Shown here piece after piece: positions 28,865 through 38,082 of a stretch of 56,456 nt of DNA. Origin of the DNA: Rhodospirillales bacterium (GTDB lineage: Bacteria > Pseudomonadota > Alphaproteobacteria > Kiloniellales > JAKSDN01); NCBI GenBank assembly GCA_029859805.1, contig JAOUCL010000003.1:1-56456 (forward strand), written 5' to 3'. The notes beneath the pieces are model-generated. The model saw nothing but the letters and a program-made list of their open reading frames with translations, ran no database searches and had not been told where the DNA came from. The translations under genes and the position numbers were made by a program. Every line of letters starts with the position of its first letter. Within the stretch, counting starts at the first letter, position 1.

Positions 28865-30169
28865 ATGAGCAAGAGCTACGACGCCGTCATCGTGGGGGCG
28901 GGCATCATCGGGGCCTGCACGGCCTACGAGCTGTCCAAGAAGGGCTACCGCACCCTCAACATCGACAAGCTGCCGGCGGCGGGCTACGGCTCGACGGGCA
29001 ATTCCTGCGCCATCATCCGCACCCACTATTCGACCTACGACGGCTGCGCACTCGCCTACGAGGGCTTCTTCTACTGGGAGGACTGGGCGAACTACATCGG
29101 CGTCGAGGACGAGAGCGGCCTGGCCAAGTTCTATAACACCGGCTGCTTCGTCATGAAGACCGAGCTCAACGATCACCTGCGGCCGATCTGCCGGAACATG
29201 GATGCGCTCGGCATCCCCTGGGAGGACTGGGACCTGGAAACGCTCAAGGCGAAGATGCCGATCTACGACCTGCACAGCTTCGCCCCGGTCAAGCGGCCCG
29301 ACGATCCGGACTTCGGCAAGACCTCGGGCGAGATGATGGCGGGCGCCGTGTTCTTCTTCAAGGCGGGCTACATCAGCGACCCGCAGCTGGCGACCCACAA
29401 CGTCCAGCGTGCGGCCGAAGCCAAGGGCGCCACGTTCCTGTTCAACAGCGAGATCGTCGAGATCCGGCAGCAGGACGGCCGGGTCGCCGGCGTGACCCTC
29501 GAGGGCGGCGAAGAGGTCGACGCACCGATCGTGGTCAACGTCGCGGGACCGCACTCCTACCTGATCAACCGCATGGCGGGCGTCGAGGAGGGCATGAACA
29601 TCAAGACCAGGGCGCTGCGCCAGGAGGTCGCCCACTGCCCCTCCCCCAGGGGCTTCGACTTCGAGAAAGACGGCTTCGTGACCTCCGACGGCGACATCGG
29701 TTGCTACTGCCGCCCGGAGACCGGCAACCACATCCTGATCGGCAGCGAGGACCCGGCCTGCGACGAGCGCGAATGGGTCGACCCGGACGACTACAACCGC
29801 GACTTCACCGACCAATGGCAGGCCCAGGCCTACCGCGTGGCGCAACGCATCCCGTCGCTCGGCATCCCCAGCCGCATGAAGGGGGTCGTGGACCTCTACG
29901 ACGTCTCCGACGACTGGATCCCGATCTACGACAAGTCCGACCTCGCGGGCTTCTACATGGCGATCGGCACGAGCGGCAACCAGTTCAAGAACGCGCCCGT
30001 GGCCGGCGTCATGATGGCCGAGCTGATCGAGCGCTGCGAGGCGGGTCACGACCACGACAAGGACCCGCTGCAGCTCGAGCTGCGGCACATCGGGCGATCG
30101 ATCGACGTTGGATTCTATTCGCGGCGACGCGAGATCAACAAGGAGAGCAGCTTCTCGGTGCTCGGATAA
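28865..30169 (+). CDS. FAD-dependent oxidoreductase (DAO/sarcosine oxidase beta-like)
   Basis: GAGIIG, GSTGNSCAIIR, DVSDDWIPIYD, GTSGNQFKNAP. Confidence 0.88.
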   Translation: MSKSYDAVIVGAGIIGACTAYELSKKGYRTLNIDKLPAAGYGSTGNSCAIIRTHYSTYDGCALAYEGFFYWEDWANYIGVEDESGLAKFYNTGCFVMKTELNDHLRPICRNMDALGIPWEDWDLETLKAKMPIYDLHSFAPVKRPDDPDFGKTSGEMMAGAVFFFKAGYISDPQLATHNVQRAAEAKGATFLFNSEIVEIRQQDGRVAGVTLEGGEEVDAPIVVNVAGPHSYLINRMAGVEEGMNIKTRALRQEVAHCPSPRGFDFEKDGFVTSDGDIGCYCRPETGNHILIGSEDPACDEREWVDPDDYNRDFTDQWQAQAYRVAQRIPSLGIPSRMKGVVDLYDVSDDWIPIYDKSDLAGFYMAIGTSGNQFKNAPVAGVMMAELIERCEAGHDHDKDPLQLELRHIGRSIDVGFYSRRREINKESSFSVLG

Positions 30170-30184
30170 TCGGCAAGGCGCCGG

Positions 30185-31813
30185 TCAGGGGCCGCGCCGG
30201 GCGCGTTTGAAGCCCTCGAAGTAGCGGGTCAGGGTCTCGGACAGGGCGCCGCGTTCTAGCATGATCTCGATCAGGTGGAAGCGGCCGCGCGTCGCCAGCG
30301 CCCGGTCGAGCGCGCTCTTGAGCTCGGCCCGGGTGGTGACGCGGTCGCCGATGCCGCCCAAGGCCCCGGCCATATCGGCGAAGTGCCAGTCGTCGAGGTC
30401 GTTGAACTTCGACTCGGGCTGGAAGACGCGCAGGATCTCCCAGCTTCTGTTGTTGAACAGCAGGACGATGGGGTCCCAGCCGTAGCGCCGGCAGTTGCCG
30501 AGCTCCCAGCCGGTCATCTGAAAGGCGCCGTCGCCGACCAGGACCAGCGGGCGCTCGCCCGTGGCCGCCTGGATGCCGAGGCCGGCCGGCACGCCGAAGC
30601 CCATGCCGGCGTAATAGCCCGGGGCGGCGAAGCGCGTCTGCTCGATGTCCATCGCGGTGAACAGGCAATCGCCGACATCGGCCGCTAGCGGCATGGCGCC
30701 GTGGCTGCGCAAGGTGTCGTTGACCAGGCGCGCGATATCGGTGGGCGTGATCGGCGCGTCGTCGGCCACCAGCCCGGAGGGATATTCGGTCGCCGAGGGG
30801 GCGGCGGCGGCCCTCGCCGTTTGCTGCGGTGCCCGCTCCAGCAGGGCCTCGACGAGCGCGTCGAGCGGGATGTTGGGATAGACGTGGTAGCCGGCGCGCA
30901 CCTCGCGGCCGAGCGCCTGGATCGCGGCGCGCAGGTCGATCTGGTGCCGCGAGACGCCGAAATTGGTATCGCTGAGGATCACGCCGAGGAGCAGCAGGCC
31001 GTCGGAGCCCTCGATCAGGTCGGTGATCTCCGGCCGGCCCGCCACACCGAGATAGGTGCCGAGCGGCGGCGCCACCGTGCCGGCGAGCAGGCCGCGGCCC
31101 ATGAAGCTGGTCACCACCGGCAGGCCGAGGCGGCGCGCCAGCTCTGCGACCTTGTCCTCGATGGCGTAGCGGCGGATCTCCACCCCGGCCATCAGCACCG
31201 GCGCGCGGGCCGCCTCGAGGCGCGCCAGGATCTCCGTGGCGCACTCGGCGAGCGCGTCCGGCGCGACCGGCGCGGGCGGGGTCCTCTCGACCGCGGCGCA
31301 GTCCGCGGTTACCCGGTCGCGCGGCAGCTCGAGATAGACCGGCATCGACTGGTCGAGCGCGCTGCGCAGCACGCGGGAGATTTCGGCGGGCGCGCGTTCC
31401 GGGTCGTCGAGGCGCGCCTGGTCGCAGGTGATCTCGCGGTAGACCCGGAACTGGGAGTCCAGCGTCTTGGCCTGGTGGTGCAGCAGCAGGCCGCTTGCGC
31501 GCTCCGCGCTGCCCGGCGCACCGGATATGACGACGACGGGCGAGCGTTCCGCATATGCCCCGGCGATGGCGTTGACCAGGTTGAAGGCACCGGCGCCGTA
31601 GGTGACCGCTGCTACGCCCAGCGAGCAGTTGTAGCGCGCCGCCGCGTCGGCCGCGAAGCCGACGCCGGGTTCGTGGGACAGGGTGTAGAGCGGCAGGATG
31701 CCGCTTTCCTCGACCACCTTGAAGAACGGCAGTGCGAAGTCGCCCGGGATGCCGAAGATCCCCTCCGCGCCGTGGTCCTTGAGCGCGGCAAGCAAGGCCT
31801 GCCCGAGTTCCAT
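30185..31813 (-). CDS. ipdC: Indolepyruvate/phenylpyruvate decarboxylase (Azospirillum type)
   Basis: FGIPGDFALPFF, SHEPGVGFAADAAAR, LLHHQ, APGYYAGMGFGVPAG, GDGAFQMTGWELGNC. Confidence 0.9.
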   Translation of the reverse strand: MELGQALLAALKDHGAEGIFGIPGDFALPFFKVVEESGILPLYTLSHEPGVGFAADAAARYNCSLGVAAVTYGAGAFNLVNAIAGAYAERSPVVVISGAPGSAERASGLLLHHQAKTLDSQFRVYREITCDQARLDDPERAPAEISRVLRSALDQSMPVYLELPRDRVTADCAAVERTPPAPVAPDALAECATEILARLEAARAPVLMAGVEIRRYAIEDKVAELARRLGLPVVTSFMGRGLLAGTVAPPLGTYLGVAGRPEITDLIEGSDGLLLLGVILSDTNFGVSRHQIDLRAAIQALGREVRAGYHVYPNIPLDALVEALLERAPQQTARAAAAPSATEYPSGLVADDAPITPTDIARLVNDTLRSHGAMPLAADVGDCLFTAMDIEQTRFAAPGYYAGMGFGVPAGLGIQAATGERPLVLVGDGAFQMTGWELGNCRRYGWDPIVLLFNNRSWEILRVFQPESKFNDLDDWHFADMAGALGGIGDRVTTRAELKSALDRALATRGRFHLIEIMLERGALSETLTRYFEGFKRARRGP

Positions 31814-31964
31814 GGCGGCGGTTCTCCTTTTCGCTCGATCGGCCGGCTCCTCCCGGTGGCTCCCCCAACCACGACGGTACCACAGGGCATCCGGCGACCC
31901 CAGGAGCTTTGTGATCGGACATCGCCCGGGCGCGCGGACAATTACCGCCGCGGATTCTTCGGAT

Positions 31965-32276
31965 CTATTTCAGGCTCAAGATGAAGGCGATGATGTCGTC
32001 GGTCTCCGCCTCGCTCAGCATCAGGTTCGGCATGTTCTGATGCCAGGTCCCCAGGAAGACGCGAAGGCTGATCGCGGTGATCGCCGGATCGTCGGCGACG
32101 TCCTGGAACGCCGGCGCGTCCGCCCAGGAGTCGCCCATGTCTTCGCTCTCTATGAAGTGGCAGGCGGCGCAGACGTCACGGGCTAGAGTGTGGCCCGCGT
32201 ATCGGTCTCCCGGCAATGCCTGGGCTAGGGCGGGCAAGGCGCCCAGAAGAACTATGATAAGGGCGAAGCGAATCAT
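31965..32276 (-). CDS. Small monoheme c-type cytochrome
   Basis: Signal peptide ending ALA, CAACH heme motif, H.NMP (Met ligand). Confidence 0.8.
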   Translation of the reverse strand: MIRFALIIVLLGALPALAQALPGDRYAGHTLARDVCAACHFIESEDMGDSWADAPAFQDVADDPAITAISLRVFLGTWHQNMPNLMLSEAETDDIIAFILSLK

Positions 32277-32319
32277 ATCGAACCTCGCAGTTTACACTTT
32301 GTATCGACACCCGGGATTG

Positions 32320-33258
32320 TCAATTGCCGGAGCCACGGATCCTCGGTCGGCGCGGCCCCCCGCGCGCCGCACCAAGCCCCTCCTTCGCCACGGCCGCAAA
32401 GGCCCGGTAGAGCCCCTCGGTCGCGCGGGACAGTCCGGCATAGGACAGCTTGTCCGGCGTGTCCTCGGCGGTGTGGTAATAGCGATAGCGATAGAAGGCG
32501 GTGTCCGTGACCATGAAGGCGCGGTAGCCGTTGACCCAGAACGAGCGATGGTCGCTCCAGCTCACGCCCGGGACGAGGCTGAAGGTCGCCACGTGCTCCA
32601 GCGGAAAGTCCGAGCGGGTGCGGAACGCCGCCGCGACATGATGCATGAGCCCGCGCGAGCGGAAATCGGACACGAAGGCCAGGAAGTTGCCCCGGCTCGG
32701 ATAGAACAGCCGGAACAGCGGCGGATAGCGCTGGCTGCCCGGCGTGTCGCGGTAGCAGCCGATAGTCTCGAGCGCGACCATGAGACGGATGTCGTCGCCG
32801 CGTACCCGGGCGGCCCGCGCATAGACCATGCTGCCCTGGTCTCCGGACATGTAGAACGGCGGCTCCTCGTTGACGAAGGCCACGAAGCGGACGCTCATCG
32901 CCGGCGCCAAGCCGGCGAAGAGCCGCGACAGCTCCAGGAGCGCGGCGACGCCGCTGCCGTTGTCGTTGGCGCCGGGGCCGCCCATGATCGAATCGTAGTG
33001 CGCGCCCAGAAGCAGAACTCCTTCCCTCTGGGCGTTGCCGGGCCGCGTCACCTCCAGGTTCGCGCTGCGCACGCCATGGGCCTCGTAGACCTGCGGCGTG
33101 ACCTCGTAGCCCTGGCCCCGCCAGGCCGCCTCGATGTAGCCGGCGGCGGCCGCCAGCGCCCGGGGCCGGAAGACGTTGCGCTCGCCGATGTCGCCGGCCA
33201 GCGCCTGGACATGAGCGCGCAACGCCCGCGCGTCGACCGCGCCCTCCACCGCCGTCAT
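32320..33258 (-). CDS. M28 family zinc metallopeptidase
   Basis: GAHYDS, GANDNGSG, NEEPP, SDH, YHTAED; ATG overlaps the upstream TGA (ATGA). Confidence 0.88.
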   Translation of the reverse strand: MTAVEGAVDARALRAHVQALAGDIGERNVFRPRALAAAAGYIEAAWRGQGYEVTPQVYEAHGVRSANLEVTRPGNAQREGVLLLGAHYDSIMGGPGANDNGSGVAALLELSRLFAGLAPAMSVRFVAFVNEEPPFYMSGDQGSMVYARAARVRGDDIRLMVALETIGCYRDTPGSQRYPPLFRLFYPSRGNFLAFVSDFRSRGLMHHVAAAFRTRSDFPLEHVATFSLVPGVSWSDHRSFWVNGYRAFMVTDTAFYRYRYYHTAEDTPDKLSYAGLSRATEGLYRAFAAVAKEGLGAARGGPRRPRIRGSGN

Positions 33259-35717
33259 CGCCCCGCGCCCCCGCCCACCGTGGCCAGCGGCGCCCGGAAC
33301 ACCGCGGCGGCGGCAAGGTACAGTACGACGGCGATCCCGACGACCGCCGTGAAGCCCAGATGTATTGCCAGGATGGTCGCCAGGATCGCGCTCACCACCG
33401 AGGCGCAGCCGTTCACCCCCCAGGCCCAGGGCACGAGCGCCGGAACCCGTTCGGACACCCGCGAGAGGCCGATCGGGAAGGGCATGCCCATGAAGAACGC
33501 AAGCGGCGCGATCAGGGCGACGGATGCGACGACCCGCGCCGCCACGGGCCACGGCATCATCCAATCGAACAGCGCCGGCAACAGCGCGAGATAGAGCAGC
33601 GCGCCGGCGCCGATGGCCAGGACCGGAACATCGAGCGGCGCGAGCCGGGAGAGCAGCCGGCCGGCGGTTTCGCGCCGCCGCTCCAGCCGCCGGACGAAGC
33701 GCGGCGCGGCGCCGCTACCGAGCCCGGCGAAGACCAGGAAAGCGGAAAGCACCACGGCCACCGCAAGGAGAGGGTGGCCGAGAAACACGATAAAGCGCTG
33801 GATAAAGGCGATCTCGACAAACAGGAAGGCGAGTCCGAGGGTGAGAAAATAGACCAGAATCCGCGCCCGGTCCGGGTGCGGGACCGTTTTCCGCCGGCCG
33901 AGCCAGAGCGGCAGCAGGATGAGCACGGCACCGAGCGCCGAGGCCTGGACCAGCGTGGCAAAAAGGATCGGATAGCCCCACTCCAGCAGCGCCGCCCCGC
34001 CCTGCGCGCGCAGCTCCAGGAACTCCGGCAGGGCCCGCCACCTGAAGAAATCAAAGAAATAGGGCCGGTCGTCGCGGGTAACGGCAAGGTCGAACTTGTA
34101 GCGCTCAATGAACTCGGCGCGGCGCGGACCCGCCAGGGCCGCGGCGCCTTCGAAAAAGTGCCGCGCGTCCAGGACGTTGAAGCGATTGGCCTCGTCGGGT
34201 CTCATGCCGGGGTAATAGGCCAAGTCGAACGAGCGCTGCTCGGTGAAGCGGCGGATTTCGTCGATCTCCTGGGCGACCAGCGCGCCCTTCTTGACCAGCA
34301 GCGTCGTCGTGTTCCAGCCGCGGATCAGTGCCAGCCGCTCTTGCGGCACCGCGACGCCCTCGCGCTCGAGCGCCGCCAGCGCAGTCGCGAAGAGCTTCAG
34401 GCTGTCGCGCGGCGGCAACTTGAGCCATCGGGTGATGGCCAGAAACCCGCCGGCCTCTAAATGGCGCAAGTAGTCCCGGAACGCCTCTACCGTGTAGACG
34501 TAATTTTCGCTCAGGCTGTACACACCGGCGACCGAGGCGCCGAAGGAATCAAGCAGCGGAACCTGGATGAGGTCCCATAGGGCCTGACCACGTGCGACGA
34601 AACTGCGGGCCTCGGCCGCGTGCACCGTGACCTCCGGAAGATCGTAGAGACCGCCGGCGAAGGCCGCGTGCTCTCGCCGGACGAGTGCGATGAGCTCGGG
34701 GTTGATCTCGACGGCATCGATCCGCCTTGCACCATGATAGATGGCCTGGAGGACGTCGCCGCCGCCGCCGGCACCCAGAACCAGCACCGATGGGCCCTGC
34801 AGCAGGTGGTACGGCAGGGCCGCGGTCGTGTGATCGAGATAGCCGAGGGCGTCCAACCGGCCGTCGTACCTGGTGATAACGCTGAGCGCGTCGCCGTCCG
34901 TGAACACGCCGAGCTGCGGCGGCGGCTCGATCGCGCTGTCGAGGCTCAGACCCGGCGCATGCCGGAACGGGATGGTCGGGCTGCGGACCACCGTCAGCAG
35001 ACCCAGCGGACTGGAGGAGTCCCCGACCACCTTGGCGCCCGGAACCTGCAACGCCATGCTCAGCCCCTTGTATTCGGAGAACCGCAAGGCGATCCAGGAC
35101 TGCGGCACGAACGCCGGCAGAAGGACGGCCGCGGCGAGCAATCCAATGGCCGCAAAGCGCCTGCGGACGTCGTTGCTCGCAAAGCACACCAGCCCCCCCG
35201 CCGCGATCCCCAGGCCGGCGATCAGCCGCAGGCAGTCGGACGGCGGGACGAAGAACAGGACCGCCACGATGCCCAGCGCGCCTACGCCCGCACCCATCAG
35301 GTCGTAGCGGTAGATGCGGCCGATCTGCTCGCCGTAGCGCGCGAAGGCAAGGCCGATGCAATTCGCCCCGCAGAAGAAGGGAACCGTGAAAAGCAGATAG
35401 AGCATGAGGAGATGGAGCAGCTGCCCTGGGTTCCAGAGCACCTCGAGGGCGTTGAACGGTACCCGTTCGCCGAGCGCGAAGGCGGCCAAAGCCGAGACCC
35501 CGAACAGGGCCGCATTGACCGCGAACGCGGCCACGAAGCGCGGCTTGAGCCAGCCTTGGGCGAGCGCCAGGAAGCTGCCGCTCGCCCCGAAACCGAGCAG
35601 CGCGATGCTGATCACCATGTAGGCGAAATGATGCCACTGCACGATCGCGAAGAGCCGCATCAACAGCACCTCGTAGGCGAGGATCGCGGCGGAGACGACC
35701 GAGATGGCCGGCAGCAT
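33255..35717 (-). CDS. Polytopic membrane protein fused to a spermidine-synthase-like SAM-binding domain
   Basis: N- and C-terminal TM bundles; central VLVLGAGGGGDV...DAVEINP...DLIQ..LLDS...ENYVYTVEAF; DDRPYFF; TGATG overlap with pcm. Confidence 0.85.
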   Translation of the reverse strand: MLPAISVVSAAILAYEVLLMRLFAIVQWHHFAYMVISIALLGFGASGSFLALAQGWLKPRFVAAFAVNAALFGVSALAAFALGERVPFNALEVLWNPGQLLHLLMLYLLFTVPFFCGANCIGLAFARYGEQIGRIYRYDLMGAGVGALGIVAVLFFVPPSDCLRLIAGLGIAAGGLVCFASNDVRRRFAAIGLLAAAVLLPAFVPQSWIALRFSEYKGLSMALQVPGAKVVGDSSSPLGLLTVVRSPTIPFRHAPGLSLDSAIEPPPQLGVFTDGDALSVITRYDGRLDALGYLDHTTAALPYHLLQGPSVLVLGAGGGGDVLQAIYHGARRIDAVEINPELIALVRREHAAFAGGLYDLPEVTVHAAEARSFVARGQALWDLIQVPLLDSFGASVAGVYSLSENYVYTVEAFRDYLRHLEAGGFLAITRWLKLPPRDSLKLFATALAALEREGVAVPQERLALIRGWNTTTLLVKKGALVAQEIDEIRRFTEQRSFDLAYYPGMRPDEANRFNVLDARHFFEGAAALAGPRRAEFIERYKFDLAVTRDDRPYFFDFFRWRALPEFLELRAQGGAALLEWGYPILFATLVQASALGAVLILLPLWLGRRKTVPHPDRARILVYFLTLGLAFLFVEIAFIQRFIVFLGHPLLAVAVVLSAFLVFAGLGSGAAPRFVRRLERRRETAGRLLSRLAPLDVPVLAIGAGALLYLALLPALFDWMMPWPVAARVVASVALIAPLAFFMGMPFPIGLSRVSERVPALVPWAWGVNGCASVVSAILATILAIHLGFTAVVGIAVVLYLAAAAVFRAPLATVGGGAGR

Positions 35718-36469
35718 CACGGCGACCGGCGCGTGAAAGGAACGAAGGCGACAGGCAGCACCTGCCGTGTCTGGACCCGCCCATCCGCCAGCTTGTCCAC
35801 AAGCATCAGCCATTGTGTGGCGAAGGGGCCACCGACCGGGATCACCATGCGGCCGCCCGGTTTCAGCTGCCCGACCAGTGGCGGCGGCACCTGGCTCGCC
35901 GCGGCGGTGACTACGATGCCGTCGTAGGGCCCGCATTCGGGCCAGCCGTAGTAGCCGTCGCCGGTCCGCGTGTCGACGCCGGCATGACCCAGATCCTCCA
36001 GTCGCTGGCCGGCGCTGCGGGCAAGCTCCGGTATGATCTCGATGGAACAGACCCGGCGCGCGAGCGGCGCCAGGACGGCGGCCTGGTAGCCGGAGCCGGT
36101 GCCGACCTCGAGCACCACGTCCTCCGGCCCGACGGCCAGAAGGTCGGTCATCAGCGCGACGATGAAGGGCTGCGAGATAGTCTGGCCATAGCCGATCGGC
36201 AACGGCCGGTCGTCATAGGCCTCGCCGCGCAAACGCTCCGGGACGAAGAGGTGGCGGGGCGTGCGGCCCATGACCTCGAGGACCCGCGGGTCGATCCGCC
36301 TGCGGCCGAGGGCCTTGACGGCGCTGAAGGCGTAGCGCTCGATGACCCTGATCATGTCAGCGCGCCGGGCGGCATGGCCGTCCTCGTCAAGCGCCCAGCC
36401 CGTCCCGGGCAGCAGGACCGCCAGGATAGCGCAGAGCGCCAGGGCTCGCCTCCACCGGTCCTCCAACAT
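35717..36469 (-). CDS. pcm: Protein-L-isoaspartate O-methyltransferase with N-terminal signal/anchor sequence
   Basis: PRHLFVP, AY.DRPLPIGYGQTISQP, VLEVGTGSGYQAA, GDGYYGWP, PYDGIVVTAA, QLKPGGRMVIPVG, VAFVP. Confidence 0.93.
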   Translation of the reverse strand: MLEDRWRRALALCAILAVLLPGTGWALDEDGHAARRADMIRVIERYAFSAVKALGRRRIDPRVLEVMGRTPRHLFVPERLRGEAYDDRPLPIGYGQTISQPFIVALMTDLLAVGPEDVVLEVGTGSGYQAAVLAPLARRVCSIEIIPELARSAGQRLEDLGHAGVDTRTGDGYYGWPECGPYDGIVVTAAASQVPPPLVGQLKPGGRMVIPVGGPFATQWLMLVDKLADGRVQTRQVLPVAFVPFTRRSP

Positions 36470-36624
36470 CGTCGTCCCGGCGAACTGGAGTGGTTCCGAT
36501 CAACAGTATACCGCGGCCCGCGGTTTCGCGCATCGGCGCTATCAGAACCCGATGTAACGGCCTATCGACGGTCGCCTTTGCCGATCCGCAAGGCCCAGCT
36601 TCCCTTGGTTCGGCATGCAGCGCC

Positions 36625-36638
36625 TTGATCTGCCTCAA
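36625..36638. promoter_or_regulatory. FNR/FixK-like box 1
   Basis: TTGAT-CTGC-CTCAA, one mismatch to TTGAT-N4-ATCAA. Confidence 0.6.
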
Positions 36639-36678
36639 AGCCCCCAGACAGTTGGGTTGCGCTATCCCGCCCCACCGT

Positions 36679-36692
36679 TTGATGTAGATCAT
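36679..36692. promoter_or_regulatory. FNR/FixK-like box 2
   Basis: TTGAT-GTAG-ATCAT, one mismatch to consensus, about 110 bp upstream of the octaheme cytochrome start. Confidence 0.6.
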
Positions 36693-36802
36693 TGTTCTAT
36701 TCCGGGACCAAGACATGCTTCTAACGCTCCGTCTTCCGGTTGGGAAACGGCGCTTCCAAATCGCTTCTAGATCGGCAATCGCATATGGTGTGGAGGGGTG
36801 TC

Positions 36803-38053
36803 ATGGCACGGCGCACGAGTATAGGTTTGGCTATGGCGGCAGCGCTCTGCTCGCCCGTCTTCTTGTCGGCTCCGGCCGGGGCCGAGACATGCGTGGACTG
36901 CCACAACGGTATGACACCGGGGGTCGTCGCGGATTGGCAGGCAAGCCGGCACAGCGAGATGGCGATCGGCTGCGAGATGTGTCACGGCAGCGGCCACCAG
37001 TCGCCGGCCGATGTGGCGAAAGCAGACATGCCGACCCCGGAGACATGCGGCCAGTGCCACGAACCGCAGACCGAGCAGTACAAGCGCGGCAAGCACGCCT
37101 TCGCCTGGGCCGCCATGAGCGCGATGCCCACGACCCACGCCATGCCCAAGGTGCTGAGCGAGGGCCTCAAGGGCTGCGGCGGCTGCCACAAGATCGGGCT
37201 GCTGAGTCCCGAGCAGCTCGAGGCGGTCCGCGCCGAGACCGGCGGCTTCGGCACGGGCGCCTGCGACTCCTGCCACACGAGGCACACCTTCGCGAAGTCC
37301 GAGGCGCGCGAGCCCGAGGCCTGCCAGACCTGCCATATGGGCTTCGATCATCCGCAATGGGAAATGTACTCGGGCTCCAAGCACGGCGTGCGCCACACCC
37401 TCAAGCGCGCCGGCAAGCTGCCGCCGAGCGCCGCGGCGCCGACGTGCCAGACCTGCCACATGCAGGACGGCGATCACGAGGTGCGCACGCCCTGGGGCTT
37501 CTTGGCGGTGCGTTTGCCGCTGCCGGAGGACCCGCAGTGGAAGGCCGACCAGATCACCATCCTGCAGGCCCTCGGCGTGCTCGATCCCGAGGGCAATCCG
37601 ACCCCCCGCCTCGACGTGGTCAAGGCGGCACAGGTCGCGCGGTTGACCCAGGAGGACTTCGACAGCGAGCGGGACAAACTGCTCGAGGCCTGCAGCCAGT
37701 GTCATTCGGCCAAGTTCGCCGAGGCGGAGATGGCCAGGGGCGACGAAACCATTCGCCAGGTCGACCACCTGCTGGCCGAGGCGATCCGCGAAATCGCCGC
37801 CCTCTACAAGGACGGTGTTCTCGAGAAACCCGAGAGCTACGCCTATGCCTTTCCCGACCTGCTGACATTTCACGACTCGCCGACACCGATCGAGAACCGG
37901 CTCTTCGTGATGCACCTCAAGCACCGCATGCGGGCGTTCCAGGGCGCCTTCCACGCCAACCCGGACTACGCCCTCTGGTATGGCTGGAGCGAGATGGTGC
38001 GGGATCTGGCCGACATTCGGGCGATGGCAAAGGAACTGCGAGCGCACATGTAG
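36803..38053 (+). CDS. Octaheme cytochrome c, hydroxylamine oxidoreductase (HAO) family
   Basis: Eight CxxCH motifs (CVDCH, CEMCH, CGQCH, CGGCH, CDSCH, CQTCH, CQTCH, CSQCH) with HAO-like spacing and CHTRH.F...EAC..CH.G.DH..WE.Y..SKHG; signal peptide; GGAGG RBS. Confidence 0.88.
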   Translation: MARRTSIGLAMAAALCSPVFLSAPAGAETCVDCHNGMTPGVVADWQASRHSEMAIGCEMCHGSGHQSPADVAKADMPTPETCGQCHEPQTEQYKRGKHAFAWAAMSAMPTTHAMPKVLSEGLKGCGGCHKIGLLSPEQLEAVRAETGGFGTGACDSCHTRHTFAKSEAREPEACQTCHMGFDHPQWEMYSGSKHGVRHTLKRAGKLPPSAAAPTCQTCHMQDGDHEVRTPWGFLAVRLPLPEDPQWKADQITILQALGVLDPEGNPTPRLDVVKAAQVARLTQEDFDSERDKLLEACSQCHSAKFAEAEMARGDETIRQVDHLLAEAIREIAALYKDGVLEKPESYAYAFPDLLTFHDSPTPIENRLFVMHLKHRMRAFQGAFHANPDYALWYGWSEMVRDLADIRAMAKELRAHM

Positions 38054-38056
38054 ACG

Positions 38057-38082
38057 GAAGCCGGCCGAAAGTCGCCGGTTTC
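38057..38082 (+). terminator. Hairpin after the octaheme gene
   Basis: GAAGCCGGC...GCCGGTTTC immediately after the stop codon. Confidence 0.45.

Noticed and set aside
33255-35717. Calling this gene speE
   Set aside because: Large membrane fusion with divergent catalytic motifs; activity not supportable from sequence.
36803-38053. Evidence for nitrification or anammox
   Set aside because: No amo, cycAB or hzs genes; the C-terminal motif resembles reductive HAO-like proteins.
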